The translations under genes and the position numbers were made by a program. Positions 1-8,460 of a stretch of 33,706 bases of DNA are shown here, piece after piece. The DNA is taken from contig JBEKYH010000001.1 of NCBI GenBank assembly GCA_049511115.1, positions 1 through 33,706 of the forward strand. Direction: 5' to 3'. The DNA comes from Tepidisphaeraceae bacterium. Lineage in GTDB: Bacteria; Planctomycetota; Phycisphaerae; Tepidisphaerales; Tepidisphaeraceae. The first letter of the stretch is position 1. Every line of letters starts with the position of its first letter. Below the pieces are notes generated by a model that saw nothing but the letters and a program-made list of their open reading frames with translations, was not told the origin of the DNA and made no database searches.

Positions 1-1380
1 GGCTTTGTGGTTTCCGACCTCGGCGGCGTCAACACCATGGTGCAGAGCCAAAAGGGGCAGATGAGCGTCTTGGACGCCGTGGCCAAGTCCGTCAGCGCCG
101 GCTGCGATTTCTCCGACAAGGAGTTCATGGACAACATCCCCGCCGCGGTGACACAGGGCAAGCTATCCGAGGATCGCCTCGATGATGCCGTCTTCCGTGT
201 CATGCGCGTCCGCTTCCGTCTGGGGGAATTTGATCCGCCGGCAATGGTTCCCTATAGCAAGATCACCACGGACGTTATTTGCAGCCCCGAGCATCGCGCG
301 CTGTCACTCAAGATCGCCCATGAATCGATCGTGCTGCTGAGTAACAAGGACAACTTCCTGCCGCTGGATCGGAGCAAGCTCAAGACGATTGCAGTCATCG
401 GGCCGCATGCCAATATCTTCACGGCCGGCGGATACAGCGGGAAAGCGCTTAATCCGGTGACGCCGTTGCAGGGGATCAAGAATCGCGCGGGCGCGGGGAT
501 TCAGATTCTCTACACCCAGGGCGGGCAGATCACCACGGGCGGACGGCGCGGCGGGCCGCCTTTCGATGCCGCGGCGGAACTCGCCAACGCCGTGGATATA
601 GCGAAGAAGGCTGACGTAGCCATCCTCTACGTCGGCACCAGCCTCGCCGTCGAGGCCGAAGACCGCGATCGCACCGCGCTCGGCCTGCCCGGCAATCAGC
701 AGCAGCTTGTGGATGCGGTGATTGCCGCCAATCCGAAAACCGTCGTCGTGGAAATGAACGCCGGCCCGTTGGCCGTGCCGTCCATCGCGCAGAACGCTGC
801 CGCGTTAGTCGAAGCCTGGTGGGGGGGCGAGGAAGGCGGCAACGCCATGGCGGATGTTCTCTTTGGCGATGTCAATCCCAGCGGTCACATGCCCCTGACG
901 GTCTACGCCTCGGCCGACCAGGTTCCGCCGCAGGATGAATACGACATTTCCAAAGGCTTCACCTACATGTACCTCAAGGACAAGCCGCTCTTCGCGTTCG
1001 GCCACGGCCTGAGTTACACGCAGTTCAAATATGACAATCTGCAATTTGCGTCCAAGGCGATCAAAGATGACGGCACGGTGAGCGTTAGCTTCGACATCTC
1101 CAACACCGGCCAGCGCGCCGGCGATGAAGTCGCCCAGTTATACGTCCATCAGGTGAAATGCAGCGTGGTGCGCGCCGCCAAGGAACTCCGCGGGTTTCAG
1201 CGCGTCTCCCTCCAGCCCGGCGAGAAGAAGACCATCACGCTTCAGGTGCCCGCTGAAAAGCTGGCCTTTTATGATGAAACCGTCCACAAGTTCGTCGTTG
1301 AGCCGGGCATGTTCGACGTGATGGTCGGCAGCGCCTCGGACGACATTCGCCTGGCGGACCAGATTGAGGTCACAAAATAG
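1..1380 (+). CDS. Glycoside hydrolase family 3 (beta-glucosidase/beta-xylosidase type), C-terminal ~459 aa; 5' end lies outside the window
   Basis: The frame is open from base 1 (GFVVSDLGG resembles the GH3 nucleophile motif GFVxSD). The 'M' at 7 in the ORF track is a GTG, not a real start. The C-terminal alpha/beta-sandwich and Fn3-like tail (ELRGFQRVSLQPGEKKTITLQV) are typical of GH3. Stop TAG at 1378-1380. Confidence 0.85.
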   Translation, partial: GFVVSDLGGVNTMVQSQKGQMSVLDAVAKSVSAGCDFSDKEFMDNIPAAVTQGKLSEDRLDDAVFRVMRVRFRLGEFDPPAMVPYSKITTDVICSPEHRALSLKIAHESIVLLSNKDNFLPLDRSKLKTIAVIGPHANIFTAGGYSGKALNPVTPLQGIKNRAGAGIQILYTQGGQITTGGRRGGPPFDAAAELANAVDIAKKADVAILYVGTSLAVEAEDRDRTALGLPGNQQQLVDAVIAANPKTVVVEMNAGPLAVPSIAQNAAALVEAWWGGEEGGNAMADVLFGDVNPSGHMPLTVYASADQVPPQDEYDISKGFTYMYLKDKPLFAFGHGLSYTQFKYDNLQFASKAIKDDGTVSVSFDISNTGQRAGDEVAQLYVHQVKCSVVRAAKELRGFQRVSLQPGEKKTITLQVPAEKLAFYDETVHKFVVEPGMFDVMVGSASDDIRLADQIEVTK

Positions 1381-1508
1381 TTCGCTCGCCACTTTGCCTG
1401 CCGCCTCCAACGCGTTGATGCCATTGGAGGTATAAGTGATTGGCAGCCTTGAATTAGCCCCGTCTACGGTCTTTGTGCGCCTGCGCTAAATGCGAACGGA
1501 GAAGGATC

Positions 1509-4295
1509 ATGAAAAGCTTGCGTGTGTTTCTCTGCTGTTTCTTCGTGATGGTCGGCACATCGAAGGTCCTCGCCGCCGGTGACACGGCGCAGCTTCAGCA
1601 GGCGTTCGATCAGCCTGCCGATAACACGAAGATTAAAGTCCGCTGGTGGTGGTACGGGCCGGCGGTCACTAAGCCGATGATCGACCACGAATTAGAGACC
1701 ATGAAGGCCGGCGGAATCGGCGGATTCGAGGTGCAGCCGACCTATCCGCTTTCAGTGGATGGCGAGTTGCCGGGCGTTCACAACATCAAGTTCCTCTCTC
1801 CCGAATTCTTTGACATGCTCAATTACACGGCCGCCAAAGCCAAGGAACTGGGCCTGAGCATGGAACTGACCATGGGCAGCGGCTGGCCCTATGGCGGGCC
1901 GATGTTCACGGCCTCCGAGGGGGCGGGAAGAATCCTCACCCAAAACGGCAGCGCTCCTGCCGGCGCCAAAACGGTTCCTCTTCCCGAGCCATTGAGAGAC
2001 GGGCAAACACTCGTTGCCGCGGCTGCCATCCCGTCCGGCGCGGCGGTCAATCCGAGCACCGTGCGAGCCATGAAGATCGTGGACGGCGTCGCCCAGGTTC
2101 CCGACGGCATGACCGGGCCGATCGACGTGCAATTTTACATCTCCGGCCGCACCGGAATGCAGGTCAAGCGACCGGCCATGGGCGCTGAGGGGAATGTGAT
2201 CGACCATCTCAGCAAATCGGTCGTGGACAAATTCATCCAGGAAGTGGCCGAGCCGGAAATCAAAGCCTGCGGGGACAATCCGCCGCATTCCATTTTCTGC
2301 GACAGCCTGGAAGTCGGCGGCGAGGACTGGACGGATAATTTACTGGCCGATTTCCAGCAGCGCCGCGGGTATGACTTGACGCCTCTCCTGCCGGCGCTGT
2401 TTGTCGATACGTTCCCCAAGGCCATGGACATCCGCCATGACTGGGGACATACCCTGACCGACGATTTTGACGACTATTTCAATAAGCAGATGACCGCGCT
2501 GGCTCATAAGTATCACACGCTCTTCCGCGAGCAGGCGTACGGTTCTCCGTCGGCGGCGCAGTATGTTTATACCGACACGGACCTTCCCGAGGGCGAGCAA
2601 TTCACGTGGCGATCGTACGGCAACACGCGCTACGCCGCGTCGGCGACGCACCTGATGGGCGTGCCGGTCAATTCGTCGGAGACTTTCACCTGGCTGCATC
2701 AGGTCGTCTTCCGGGCCACGCCGCTGGACATCAAAGCCGAAGCCAGCCTCCATTTCCTGCAGGGAGTCAATCAGATTTCCTGCCACGGCTGGCCGTCCAC
2801 CGCGCCGGGCGTGAGCTATCCCGGCTGGAGCTTTTACGCGGCGGCCGTTTTCAATGATAAGAACCCCTGGTTCATCGCCATGCCGGATGTGGCCAAATAC
2901 CTGCAGCGCTGCAGCAGCATGTTGCGCCAGGGCCAGCCGGCCAATGATGTTGCCCTTTATCTGGCCGACTCCGACGCCTGGGCCAGTTTCACACCCGGGA
3001 GCATCAGCGTTACCGGTGACACGGCGCGCTATATCGGCAATTCCGTCGGCACGATCATCGACGCCGGCTACAACATGGATTTCTTTGACGATGGAATGCT
3101 CGATCGCCTGGGCAAAGTGGATGGCGGATCGCTGGCGTTCGGCGCTTTGAAATACAAGATTGTTATCCTGGTGGGCGCGCAGCGGGTTCCGCTCACCACC
3201 ATGCGCCAACTGGAAACAATGGCCAAAAACGGCGGCACTGTCGTGGCCCTTCATAGCGTGCCGACCGTCGCGCCGGGATACCTGGCCACCGAAGCCGATC
3301 AGCAGGAATTCCAGGGCATCGTGAAGCGCCTGTTCACCGATCCCAATGCAACCGGCCTTGTCGTCCAGAACGACGGCGACCTTGCCGCGGCTCTGCATAA
3401 GCGCCTTGCCCCTGATGTCGCGTTTTCGCCTGGCAGCCCTGATCTTGGCGTTGTTCATCGCCATGCCGACGGGGGCGAGGCGTATTTCATTGCCAACACG
3501 GGCAATACGCCCAAGACCATGACGGCAACCTTCCGCGTCGAAGGAATGAATGCCGAAGAGTGGGATCCGACATCCGATACGGTGAAGCCTGTTGCGGTGA
3601 TCGACCATCCCGCCGGCGGCGAGACCATTTCCATGAACCTCCCCGCCTACGGCACGACTTTCATCGTCTGGACCAATCGGTCATTGCCCGCCACGACCAC
3701 CGGCGCCGTGGCGGCTGTGCCCGCGCCTCTGGACCTGAGCAACAACTGGAACGTCGCCTTCAGCGATATGTACGGTGACGTGCCGAGCCCGGAGACGATG
3801 GACACGCTCCACTCCTGGACCGACGACGCGGCGACCAAAGGCTTTTCCGGCGTGGGAAGTTACACCAAGACGGTTACCGTTACTCCCGACATGCTCGCCC
3901 CGGGGGTGAAACTCACCATGACTTTCGGCGATGGCAAGCCCCTCGCCCGCGCCGGCGGGCGCGGGGGCAGCGGGACCCTGGCCTTGATGGATTCGCCCGT
4001 CCATGAAGCGGCCGTTGTCTACATCAATGGCAAGCAGATCGGCTCCGTCTGGGCGCCGCCGTACACGCTCGACGTGACCGGCGCGCTAACGCCGGGCGAC
4101 AACCAGATGCGCATTGACGTGGGCAATCTGGCCATCAATTACATGGCCACCCACGGATTCCCCAATTACAACCTGCAGGCAATTCGCGCCAAATTCGGAA
4201 ATCGCTTTGATCCGCAGGGAATCCAGAATCTTCAGCCGATTGCGGCGGGCCTGGTGGGACCCATTAAGATTGTGGCCAGAGGTGGGAATTACTGA
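1509..4295 (+). CDS. Secreted glycoside hydrolase, GH106-like (alpha-L-rhamnosidase-type family) with a C-terminal galactose-binding-like domain
   Basis: The ORF track start at 1473 is TTG. The first ATG is at 1509, preceded by GGAGAAGGA, and gives the signal peptide MKSLRVFLCCFFVMVGTSKVLAAG. The N-terminal block KVRWWWYGPAVTKPMIDHELETMKAGGIGGFEVQ matches my recollection of GH106-type proteins. The C-terminal block (EAAVVYINGKQIGSVWAPPYTLDVTGALTPGDNQMRIDVGNLAINYM) resembles a GH2-type sugar-binding jelly roll. The family call is less certain than the CDS call. Confidence 0.7.
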   Translation: MKSLRVFLCCFFVMVGTSKVLAAGDTAQLQQAFDQPADNTKIKVRWWWYGPAVTKPMIDHELETMKAGGIGGFEVQPTYPLSVDGELPGVHNIKFLSPEFFDMLNYTAAKAKELGLSMELTMGSGWPYGGPMFTASEGAGRILTQNGSAPAGAKTVPLPEPLRDGQTLVAAAAIPSGAAVNPSTVRAMKIVDGVAQVPDGMTGPIDVQFYISGRTGMQVKRPAMGAEGNVIDHLSKSVVDKFIQEVAEPEIKACGDNPPHSIFCDSLEVGGEDWTDNLLADFQQRRGYDLTPLLPALFVDTFPKAMDIRHDWGHTLTDDFDDYFNKQMTALAHKYHTLFREQAYGSPSAAQYVYTDTDLPEGEQFTWRSYGNTRYAASATHLMGVPVNSSETFTWLHQVVFRATPLDIKAEASLHFLQGVNQISCHGWPSTAPGVSYPGWSFYAAAVFNDKNPWFIAMPDVAKYLQRCSSMLRQGQPANDVALYLADSDAWASFTPGSISVTGDTARYIGNSVGTIIDAGYNMDFFDDGMLDRLGKVDGGSLAFGALKYKIVILVGAQRVPLTTMRQLETMAKNGGTVVALHSVPTVAPGYLATEADQQEFQGIVKRLFTDPNATGLVVQNDGDLAAALHKRLAPDVAFSPGSPDLGVVHRHADGGEAYFIANTGNTPKTMTATFRVEGMNAEEWDPTSDTVKPVAVIDHPAGGETISMNLPAYGTTFIVWTNRSLPATTTGAVAAVPAPLDLSNNWNVAFSDMYGDVPSPETMDTLHSWTDDAATKGFSGVGSYTKTVTVTPDMLAPGVKLTMTFGDGKPLARAGGRGGSGTLALMDSPVHEAAVVYINGKQIGSVWAPPYTLDVTGALTPGDNQMRIDVGNLAINYMATHGFPNYNLQAIRAKFGNRFDPQGIQNLQPIAAGLVGPIKIVARGGNY

Positions 4296-4296
4296 C

Positions 4297-4653
4297 ATGG
4301 CAAGGACATTTGATGAACTGGTAAAGCGGACGACGACCAAGCATACGCGGGAGCTTGCGGCCAAGCGGACGCGAGAACTGCTTGGTGAACTGCTGATCAG
4401 CGAGGTGCGCAGACTAAGCGGTAAGAGCCAGCGTCAGTTGGCGCGGGAGCTTGGGATCAAGCAGCCGAGCCTGTCCAAGCTGGAAAAGCAGTCGGATATG
4501 CAGATTTCGACGTTGCGCCGCATCGTGGCAGCGCTGGGCGGGGAACTGGAAGTATTTGCTCGGTTTCCCAAGGGCAGTGTCAAGATTGACCAGTTTGAAA
4601 AAACGAGCCGTTTGCGTGGTCATTCCATTCCGTCCGAATTGCAGCTCGTATGA
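4297..4653 (+). CDS. XRE-family helix-turn-helix protein, antitoxin-like (118 aa)
   Basis: ATG at 4297 lies one base after the TGA of the upstream hydrolase. The HTH core is GKSQRQLARELGIKQPSLSKLEKQSDMQISTLRRIVAALGGELEVFARFPKGSVKI. This is the pattern I associate with XRE antitoxins that normally follow a RelE/HigB-type toxin gene. The 61 codons upstream in the same ORF (4114-4296) overlap the hydrolase 3' end and look non-coding. Confidence 0.75.
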   Translation: MARTFDELVKRTTTKHTRELAAKRTRELLGELLISEVRRLSGKSQRQLARELGIKQPSLSKLEKQSDMQISTLRRIVAALGGELEVFARFPKGSVKIDQFEKTSRLRGHSIPSELQLV

Positions 4654-4714
4654 AGACAGCAACCCGGAAGCTGTCGCATAAACAAACTCGGGATGTTTGT
4701 ACGCAGCCTAACGA

Positions 4715-6043
4715 TCATCCGCCGCGAGCGGGCGTCGGAGCCGCCCCAGCTCCTCCCCGGCGCGCGCCGCCTCGCCCGCCACCGCTCCGCGGGTCGGGGG
4801 GAAGCTTGAAGGCATCGGGCATGGGATCGGGATGACTCGGATCAAACGTTCCCGCGTCGTCGCGCAGGTATTTGACCAGGTCCAGCTTATCCTGCTTGAT
4901 CCCCTCCACGACGCAGCGCGACAGCAGGTATCCGCCGTAGGTATTGGGATGGGTGCCGTCGTTGAAGGCGCGGCCGACCAGACTGGGACCCAGGGCGAGG
5001 TAGACGTCGATGCTCATGCCGTTGAGGTCGATCGCGGGGCAGCCGAATTCCGCCGCCGCTGCCAGCGCCGCCTTGGGATACGCGCCAAGGCTGTCGGCCG
5101 TTTTGCTGTCGGATCGACGGCCCATGGCCGACACGATCACCGGCGTCGCCCCCTTGGCCTTTGACTCAGCGGCATATTGTTTGAGCAGGTCTTTGAACTC
5201 GGTGTCGGCGGGGGCGTAGGTCGATGAAAAATCCTCGTCGGGATAAATGTTGTTGTTGCCGCTCTTCTTCATGTCGTTGGTGCCGAATTGCATGAAGACG
5301 TAGTCGCCCGGCTTGAGTTGGCTGAGGATTTTGTCCCACCTCCGCTCCGCCGGCCGCCGGAATGCCTTGAGCGTCTCCCCGCTCTCGGCGTGATTGGAGA
5401 CGGCCACATCCGCTGTGAACCAGCGCGGCAGGCTCTGGGCCCACGATCCGCCCGGCTCGGTCGGCTGGTCGGTGACGGTGGAGTCGCCGATGACGTAGAC
5501 CGTCGGCACGTTTACCTGGTCAATGGATATTTGCCTCACGGAAGGATGATCGCCGCTGAATTCCAGGGTGAGCTTGTTGTCCCAGTTGAGCGAGCCGATT
5601 TCGCGGCTGTCCAGCCCGACCGCGCCGCCGGTGGAAATTTCCGGCCGGCGCACGTTGACGGCGAATGATTCCGACTTCGATTCTCCCGCGGCGGTGTGAA
5701 TCTGTTCCAGCATTAGGCGGCGCGATTCCGCCTTGACGGTGGTGGTTGAGTCGGCCGCGCCGCCCAGAACAACGGTGACCTTGTAATTGCCTTCGGGAAC
5801 GGCAACGGAAAAATAGAACGGTTTGCCGCTGGAGTCGTCCTGTTTCGTTCCCAGATCAAATCCAAACCCCGCATCCGCGGAGTAAACCGCACTTTCAGGG
5901 ACGGTGAGCGCCTTGGCGTTGTCTGAACCATTGGCGCCAAATACGAAACTGGCCGGCATTGGCATCTCAGCGGCAACGACAGCCGGGCAAAATGGCAGCA
6001 TGGCCAACGCGGCCAGAGAGACGGCGGTTTGAAGCTTCATCAT
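4715..6043 (-). CDS. Rhamnogalacturonan acetylesterase-like SGNH/GDSL hydrolase (CE12-type) with an N-terminal beta-sandwich domain and a Gly/Arg-rich C-terminal tail
   Basis: Block I is VYVIGDSTV (GDS nucleophile). Block III is FMQFGTNDM and block V is NDGTHPN (DxxH). The ORF track start at 6067 is TTG. The first ATG at 6043 is preceded by GGAG 9 nt upstream and gives the signal peptide MMKLQTAVSLAALAMLPFCPAVVAAE. Confidence 0.8.
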   Translation of the reverse strand: MMKLQTAVSLAALAMLPFCPAVVAAEMPMPASFVFGANGSDNAKALTVPESAVYSADAGFGFDLGTKQDDSSGKPFYFSVAVPEGNYKVTVVLGGAADSTTTVKAESRRLMLEQIHTAAGESKSESFAVNVRRPEISTGGAVGLDSREIGSLNWDNKLTLEFSGDHPSVRQISIDQVNVPTVYVIGDSTVTDQPTEPGGSWAQSLPRWFTADVAVSNHAESGETLKAFRRPAERRWDKILSQLKPGDYVFMQFGTNDMKKSGNNNIYPDEDFSSTYAPADTEFKDLLKQYAAESKAKGATPVIVSAMGRRSDSKTADSLGAYPKAALAAAAEFGCPAIDLNGMSIDVYLALGPSLVGRAFNDGTHPNTYGGYLLSRCVVEGIKQDKLDLVKYLRDDAGTFDPSHPDPMPDAFKLPPDPRSGGGRGGARRGGAGAAPTPARGG

Positions 6044-6088
6044 CGCGGTGTGCTCCGGTAGGTTCAAAGGGCTGGGCGGCTGATATTC

Positions 6089-6970
6089 TCAGCGCGGCGG
6101 GGCGTTATCGGATTTCTTCAAAAACCCGGTCGTCACAAGCCATTCCTGGAAGCGGAAGGGCCATTCATTGGAAGCGGCCGTGCTGCGCGGTCGATAGCCG
6201 AAACCGTGGCCGGTCTTGGCGTAAATGTGCAGCTCGACGGGCACGTTGGCGCGCTTAAACAGAAGATAAACGTTGGGCATGCCTTCTGAAATGTCAGGGC
6301 GATCATTGGCGCCGCAGAGGAGAAACGCGGGCGGCGAGTCCTTGGTGGGCACAATGGCCTTGGAGTTGCCGGGATACATCAGGCCCTGGAATGCGGGCTT
6401 GCAGCCGAAGCGGTCGATCGGGTCTGTTGCATCCGAGGCGCCGTCATCGTGTTTCTCGACGAGGAGATTGACCAGTTCGCCGCCGGCGGAGAATCCAATG
6501 ATTCCCAGTTTAGCCGGATCAACGTTCCACTCGGCGGCGCGGCTTTCCACCAGCCGCATGGCCCGCTGCGTGTCGCCAAGTTCGTCGTCCATGGTGTAGG
6601 TGGAACCCTTTTCTCGGGAGAGGCGATAGGTCAGGACGAATCCGGCGATGCCGCGGTCGGCGAGCCATTGGCCGACGTAGCAACCCTCGCTGTCATAGGA
6701 GAGCTGGTAGTGCCCGCCGCCGGGGGCGATGAGCACGCCCACGCCGGTGGCATGGGCCTTGTCGGGCAGGAAGACGGTGATGCTCGGCTTGTTGACGCCG
6801 GTCACCACGCGCTCGCCGTTGGCGCCGACCTTCACATTTTCGTCAGCCGTCTTTCCCTCGGCGTGCGGTGCGCCGCCGGGCCAGAGCAGCAGCACCGGGG
6901 GTCCGTCGGCCGCCCTCACAGTGGTCGCCGACAGCATCACCAGGGCCGACAGCAAGGCTGCGATTTTCAT
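6089..6970 (-). CDS. Secreted alpha/beta-hydrolase esterase (carbohydrate esterase/xylanase-esterase-like)
   Basis: ATG at 6970 with GGGAGG 8 nt upstream. Signal peptide MKIAALLSALVMLSATTVRAADG. Nucleophile elbow GFSAGG. C-terminal HIYAKTGHGFG (catalytic His region). It is a paralogue of 16207-17178. Confidence 0.8.
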   Translation of the reverse strand: MKIAALLSALVMLSATTVRAADGPPVLLLWPGGAPHAEGKTADENVKVGANGERVVTGVNKPSITVFLPDKAHATGVGVLIAPGGGHYQLSYDSEGCYVGQWLADRGIAGFVLTYRLSREKGSTYTMDDELGDTQRAMRLVESRAAEWNVDPAKLGIIGFSAGGELVNLLVEKHDDGASDATDPIDRFGCKPAFQGLMYPGNSKAIVPTKDSPPAFLLCGANDRPDISEGMPNVYLLFKRANVPVELHIYAKTGHGFGYRPRSTAASNEWPFRFQEWLVTTGFLKKSDNAPPR

Positions 6971-6996
6971 TCGTTGTTCCTCCCGCTCGCGGGACT

Positions 6997-8460
6997 TTAG
7001 ATATTGGCGAGTCGTCCGGTCGAATCGCCGAAGCGCGCCAGGCCGCCTGCGCCCATTTTGTCCATCAGGCTGAGATAAAGATTGGTGACGGGCGTGGATT
7101 GATGCTGAATGTAGCGCCCGGGCGTCAGCGCTCCGCCCCCTGCGCCGGCGAGAATAATCGGCAGATTCGTGTGCGTGTGCCGGTTGCCATCGGCATGGCC
7201 CGAGCCGTAGATAATCATTGAATTGTGCAGCAGCGAATTACCGTCAACGTCCTGGGTCTGGTCCATCTTGTTCAGGAAGTAAGCCAGTTGCTGGACATAC
7301 CAATGATCGATCACGCAGGTTTTGGCGATCAAATCAGGTTGATTGCGATGGTGCGTGCAGAAGTGGTGGCCCTCGGGAATGCCGATCTCGTTGAAATCGC
7401 GGTTGTTTCCATCTCCGGAAATCATGAACGTCGCGACGCGGGTGTTGTCGGTCAGGAAGGCCAGATGGAGCATGTCGAAGTTCAGGCGGACGTATTCGGT
7501 GAAACTGGCCGGGATGGCGGCGTCGGGCGTGGGGGCATCGCCGGCGGTGTGTTTGGCGTAGGATTTTTCGATGCGCTCAATGCGCTGTTCGATCTCGCGC
7601 ACGTTGGTGAGGAACTGGTCGAGCTTGTGGTTGTCGCCGCCGGAGATTTGCCGCTGAAGGCTCTGCGTGTCTTCGGCCACAAAGTCGAGAATCGACTGCT
7701 GCTGGCGCTGCCGCATGATGAGGTTTTGTGTGCGATCCTTGGGGGAGCCGGCGCCGAAGAGACGCTCGAAAAGCAGGCGGGGATTCACCTCGGGGGTCAT
7801 CGGCGTGGTGGGGGAGCTCCAGGCCAGGTTGTGCTCGTAAATGCAGCTATAGCCGGTGTCGCAAGCGCCGGCGTTGCGGACCGTGTCGCAGGAGATTTCC
7901 AGGGACGAGTAGGGGGTGACATGGCCGACGTTCTTGGCAATGACCTGATCGAAGGAAATTCCCGAATAATAGTCGCGGCCGGCAGTCTTCTTGATGCGCA
8001 CGCCGGAAAGGAAGGTGCTGTTGGCGCGGGCATGGTCGCCGCCGCCGTCAGGGCCGGGGTTGGCGGACACGTCGTCCAGGCCGCCGAGAATCTGCATCTT
8101 GTATTTGAGCGACTCCAGGGGCTCCATGGTCTTATTGAGCGCGAAGGTCTCGCCGGCGCCGGTGGGCCACCAGTTGGCGGGGATGGCGCCATTGGGGAAG
8201 TAGATGACGGCGGTGCGAAGGGGAGCGCCTGTGGCGGTTACCGCGGCGCCGGCAGCGCCCGAGGCCGCTGCACCCGCCGCCGCTTCGCTCGTGGCCCCGG
8301 AGGCCGCCGAAACCAGCGGCCGAGGCAGCAGTGATTCCAAAGCCGGAAGGGCGATGCAGACACCCAGGCCCTTTAAAAAACGCCGGCGGTTCATGGCGTG
8401 AAATCGCTCGGCTCGCACGTCACGGTTTGACCGGGGGGAGTTTGTATGGGACGGGTTCAT
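6997..8460 (-). CDS. DUF1552 family protein with a Tat-type signal
   Basis: Blocks GGGDHARANSTFLSG, GISFDQV, CDTGYSCIY, PRLLFERLFG and the Tat-like NRRRFLKGLGVCIALPALESL match the DUF1552 family as I recall it. ATG at 8460 overlaps the upstream stop (ATGA, 8457-8460). An alternative start is the ATG at 8394 (MNRRRFLKG). Confidence 0.8.
   Translation of the reverse strand: MNPSHTNSPRSNRDVRAERFHAMNRRRFLKGLGVCIALPALESLLPRPLVSAASGATSEAAAGAAASGAAGAAVTATGAPLRTAVIYFPNGAIPANWWPTGAGETFALNKTMEPLESLKYKMQILGGLDDVSANPGPDGGGDHARANSTFLSGVRIKKTAGRDYYSGISFDQVIAKNVGHVTPYSSLEISCDTVRNAGACDTGYSCIYEHNLAWSSPTTPMTPEVNPRLLFERLFGAGSPKDRTQNLIMRQRQQQSILDFVAEDTQSLQRQISGGDNHKLDQFLTNVREIEQRIERIEKSYAKHTAGDAPTPDAAIPASFTEYVRLNFDMLHLAFLTDNTRVATFMISGDGNNRDFNEIGIPEGHHFCTHHRNQPDLIAKTCVIDHWYVQQLAYFLNKMDQTQDVDGNSLLHNSMIIYGSGHADGNRHTHTNLPIILAGAGGGALTPGRYIQHQSTPVTNLYLSLMDKMGAGGLARFGDSTGRLANI

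Noticed and set aside
2340-3608. 422-aa minus-strand ORF inside the GH106-like gene, and several shorter ORFs on both strands in 1752-4364.
   Set aside because: They are antisense or out of frame to a gene with clear family motifs. The products are Arg/Gly/Ala/His/Pro-rich with no recognisable domain. Long stop-free alternative frames are expected at this GC content.
4114-4296. N-terminal 61-codon extension of the XRE ORF, checked as a possible hidden toxin or longer regulator.
   Set aside because: It lies wholly within the 3' end of the hydrolase in another frame. The sequence (MTWAIWPSITWPPTDSP...) is not toxin-like. The ATG at 4297 gives a typical antitoxin N-terminus.
4655-4700. Two short hairpins between the convergent XRE and CE12 genes: GACAGC/GCTGTC at 4655-4675 and ACAAAC/GTTTGT at 4682-4700. 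A third is a 7-bp hairpin CCTCCAA/TTGGAGG at 1404-1430 after the GH3 gene.
   Set aside because: The stems are only 6-7 bp with long loops and no following U-tract. That is not strong enough to call as intrinsic terminators.
4715-4825. CE12 C-terminal tail considered as a PEP-CTERM or other sorting signal.
   Set aside because: It has no PEP motif and no hydrophobic transmembrane stretch. It consists only of Gly/Arg/Ala/Pro.
4650-4835. 61-aa plus-strand Pro/Arg-rich ORF after the XRE gene.
   Set aside because: It is antisense to the Gly/Arg-rich tail of the CE12 esterase. Its composition simply mirrors that tail.
7225-8334. 369-aa plus-strand ORF antisense to the DUF1552 gene, and ORFs 9622-10302, 9845-10237 and 10758-11309 antisense to the DUF1592-type gene.
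   Set aside because: Same GC-driven artefact. The sense-strand proteins carry strong conserved blocks. The antisense products are low-complexity Gly/Ala/Arg/Pro strings.
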